Part shown: positions 14,976 to 16,586 of the stretch, one piece after another | How positions within the stretch are numbered: the stretch's first letter is position 1 | How the letters are laid out: each line of letters opens with the position of its first letter | Source: Candidatus Sigynarchaeum calidifontis | GTDB taxonomy: Archaea > Asgardarchaeota > Lokiarchaeia > Sigyniarchaeales > Sigyniarchaeaceae | Direction of reading: 5' to 3' | DNA length: 16,586 bases | Assembly: GCA_030587475.2 (NCBI GenBank) | Contig: JAUQYZ020000084.1 | Coordinates: forward strand, 1 to 16,586 | Program-made: the position numbers and the translations under genes | Notes under the pieces: model-generated | The model's database searches: none | The model's input: only the letters and a program-made list of their open reading frames with translations | Told to the model about the DNA's origin: nothing

Positions 14976-16034
14976 GTGTACGTGTCCCCCTTCTCGATCC
15001 CGCTCGTCGCGGTCAACACGGCGTTCGTCGTGGCGCTCGCGTGGCATGCCCGGGCGTCAAAGGCGATCGAATCGCGTCGCGATGCCATTCTCCTTGCCAT
15101 GGGCTTCGCGGTCTCCGCGATTTTTACCCCGTTCATCTTGAAGCTCGGCGGTACCACGGACGCTGGGGAGGATTTGCTGTACAACATCGGCACGATCTTT
15201 TTCGGTGCCGTGCTCGCGACGCTGGTCATCATCGTGTCGCGGAACCATCATATCTGCAAGCGAAAGCCCGAACAAAAGGCACGGCTGTCATACGAGGCTT
15301 TCCTCGCATCGCTGCCGGCCGGCGACGAGAAACGGCGCGACAACTCGCGGAAGATCCTCCACTGCGTCATCTCGGTCTCGCCCATCATCGTGTATGCCAT
15401 ATGCTTGAGCGCCGACGCGTATTTCAAGTCGGTGGGCATCATGCAAGAGTACGGGGTCACGGGCATCGTCGCGGGCCGCGGCGTGAACCTGCTCATCTAC
15501 TGGGGGTTCTCCTACATGGCCACGATGGAGGACCTGGCGCGGCTGAACGCCTTCCACTTGATTCCAGGCTGGGGCCGGCGATGGCTGCGCACGAGCATCG
15601 AGGCCAAGGAGCACCGCACGTTCACTGCCGCCGTGCCGTTTCTCATCGGGCACGTGCCCCTCTTGCTCGCGCCGCTGCCCGCGTTTTTCAGCACGTCGTT
15701 CGTCGCGTCCATCGGGGACGCGGCAGGGTCAGTCTTTGGCAAGCGTTTCGGCAAGCACAAGTTGCCCGGCGGTGGTGGTGGGCGTGGCGGCCGTGGCGGG
15801 AAAAAGTCGTGGGAAGGGCTCGTCGCGGGGATGCTCGTGTCGTTCGTTGCCGTTCTCGTGGTGAACCTGTCATTCGACCCGGGAAACGTGGTCAAAGCGG
15901 TTATCATGGCGACCGCGCTCGCCGGCATAGCGGGGCTGTTCGACGCGACCGTGACCTACGTCGACGACAACTACATGAACACGTTCGTGCTCGGCGCCAT
16001 CGCGTGGGTGCTGTACTTGCTCTTGCACGCGTGA
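14976..16034 (+). CDS. Polytopic membrane protein of the CTP-dependent polyprenol/diacylglycerol kinase (dolichol kinase/phytol kinase/Dgk1) - cytidylyltransferase superfamily
   Basis: RKILH, GDAAGSVFGKRFGKHKL...KKSWEG and DDN motifs with multiple hydrophobic segments; GTG start. Confidence 0.82.
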   Translation: MYVSPFSIPLVAVNTAFVVALAWHARASKAIESRRDAILLAMGFAVSAIFTPFILKLGGTTDAGEDLLYNIGTIFFGAVLATLVIIVSRNHHICKRKPEQKARLSYEAFLASLPAGDEKRRDNSRKILHCVISVSPIIVYAICLSADAYFKSVGIMQEYGVTGIVAGRGVNLLIYWGFSYMATMEDLARLNAFHLIPGWGRRWLRTSIEAKEHRTFTAAVPFLIGHVPLLLAPLPAFFSTSFVASIGDAAGSVFGKRFGKHKLPGGGGGRGGRGGKKSWEGLVAGMLVSFVAVLVVNLSFDPGNVVKAVIMATALAGIAGLFDATVTYVDDNYMNTFVLGAIAWVLYLLLHA

Positions 16035-16093
16035 GGGCTCGCCGGCCTAGCACCATCTTGTCGCGCCCGGCCGCGCACGGCTGCGTCGGGTCG

Positions 16094-16381
16094 CTATCCG
16101 CCCGCGATCACGGGCATGAACACGACGACGTCGCCCTCGTGCAGCTCGGTGTCCAGCCCGTTCTCCCTCCGGATGTCGGTGCCATTCACGAGAATGACCA
16201 GCACGTTGCTGATGCTAGCCTTGTTCTCGAACATCCGTGCTCCTTCTGCTTTCCCGTATTTTTGATGCAAGATGTCGAGCACGGTCGCGATGGTGCCGCC
16301 GGCCGGGAGCTCCACGTCGACCTGTCGCTCCTTCGTGAAATGGGCGAGCGCGGACACGAATTGCAGCTGGATCTTCGGCAT
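16094..16381 (-). CDS. MoaD/ThiS-family ubiquitin-like protein (SAMP/Urm1-like), 95 aa
   Basis: Beta-grasp pattern with VILVNGTDI....GLDTELHEGD.V..MPVIAGG and a C-terminal di-glycine. Start set at MPKIQ (16381); the longer track ORF to 16567 adds sequence that does not look protein-like. Confidence 0.9.
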   Translation of the reverse strand: MPKIQLQFVSALAHFTKERQVDVELPAGGTIATVLDILHQKYGKAEGARMFENKASISNVLVILVNGTDIRRENGLDTELHEGDVVVFMPVIAGG

Positions 16382-16586
16382 GTGCCTCGTGACATGCATG
16401 GTTTCGTCGTTCATATCCGCTTCGCTGACCGTGCATGACCCGTGGGAAAAACTCGCCTTTGAGGCAGCCGGTGATGGCGTGGATGTGCGCACGGGACTCA
16501 GCCATGCATGGCGTCGCTGGATTCCCCTGTGGCCACCATCCTGGATCCCGACTCCCGCCCGTCGCATCGTTGGTTCGTGCGGGGGG

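Noticed and set aside
15041-16438. 465-aa alternative-frame ORF
   Set aside because: Arg/Ala/Gly-rich composition typical of off-frame GC-rich DNA; overlaps two well-supported genes.
16382-16586. Possible Moco/tungsten riboswitch upstream of the MoaD-like gene, or a fluoride riboswitch at GGTGATGGCGT
   Set aside because: Consensus elements and complementary arms are missing, and the region is cut by the window edge. The 62-aa N-terminal extension of the Ubl ORF was also rejected as non-protein-like.
14976-16586. Higher GC at the right end as a horizontally acquired island
   Set aside because: No integrase, transposase, tRNA or flanking repeats; Ala/Gly/Val-rich membrane protein composition can explain much of the shift.

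Overview
Gene-dense archaeal chromosomal segment with 17 supportable CDSs. I found no rRNA, tRNA, CRISPR array or mobile element. RadA, a RecJ/GAN(Cdc45)-type DHH protein, AfpA, a PAC2 chaperone, an Sm/LSm protein, a SAMP/MoaD-type ubiquitin-like protein and TATA-like AT tracts make it archaeal. A stand-alone Roadblock protein, a 40-aa-period TPR protein and a eukaryote-style cross-brace zinc finger point to an Asgard (Lokiarchaeia-like) genome; that assignment is inference. Most genes are housekeeping (glgA, pncB, radA, afpA, a GT4 glycosyltransferase, a CTP-dependent lipid kinase). Four oddities stand out. (1) An Sm protein with a long acidic loop-4 insertion and a eukaryote-like Arg/Gly tail built of GGRRDYPPRR repeats. 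(2) A 68-aa stand-alone 8-Cys RING/PHD(ADD)-like finger. (3) A palindrome + Cys-bearing wHTH + translationally coupled, stripped-down FrhB/FpoF-like Fe-S protein that seems to have lost its FAD/F420 motifs, a candidate undescribed redox-sensing module. (4) A RadA with an ~80-aa acidic N-terminal tail and Leu in place of the conserved L1-loop Arg. All family calls come from motif recognition by eye; no searches were run.
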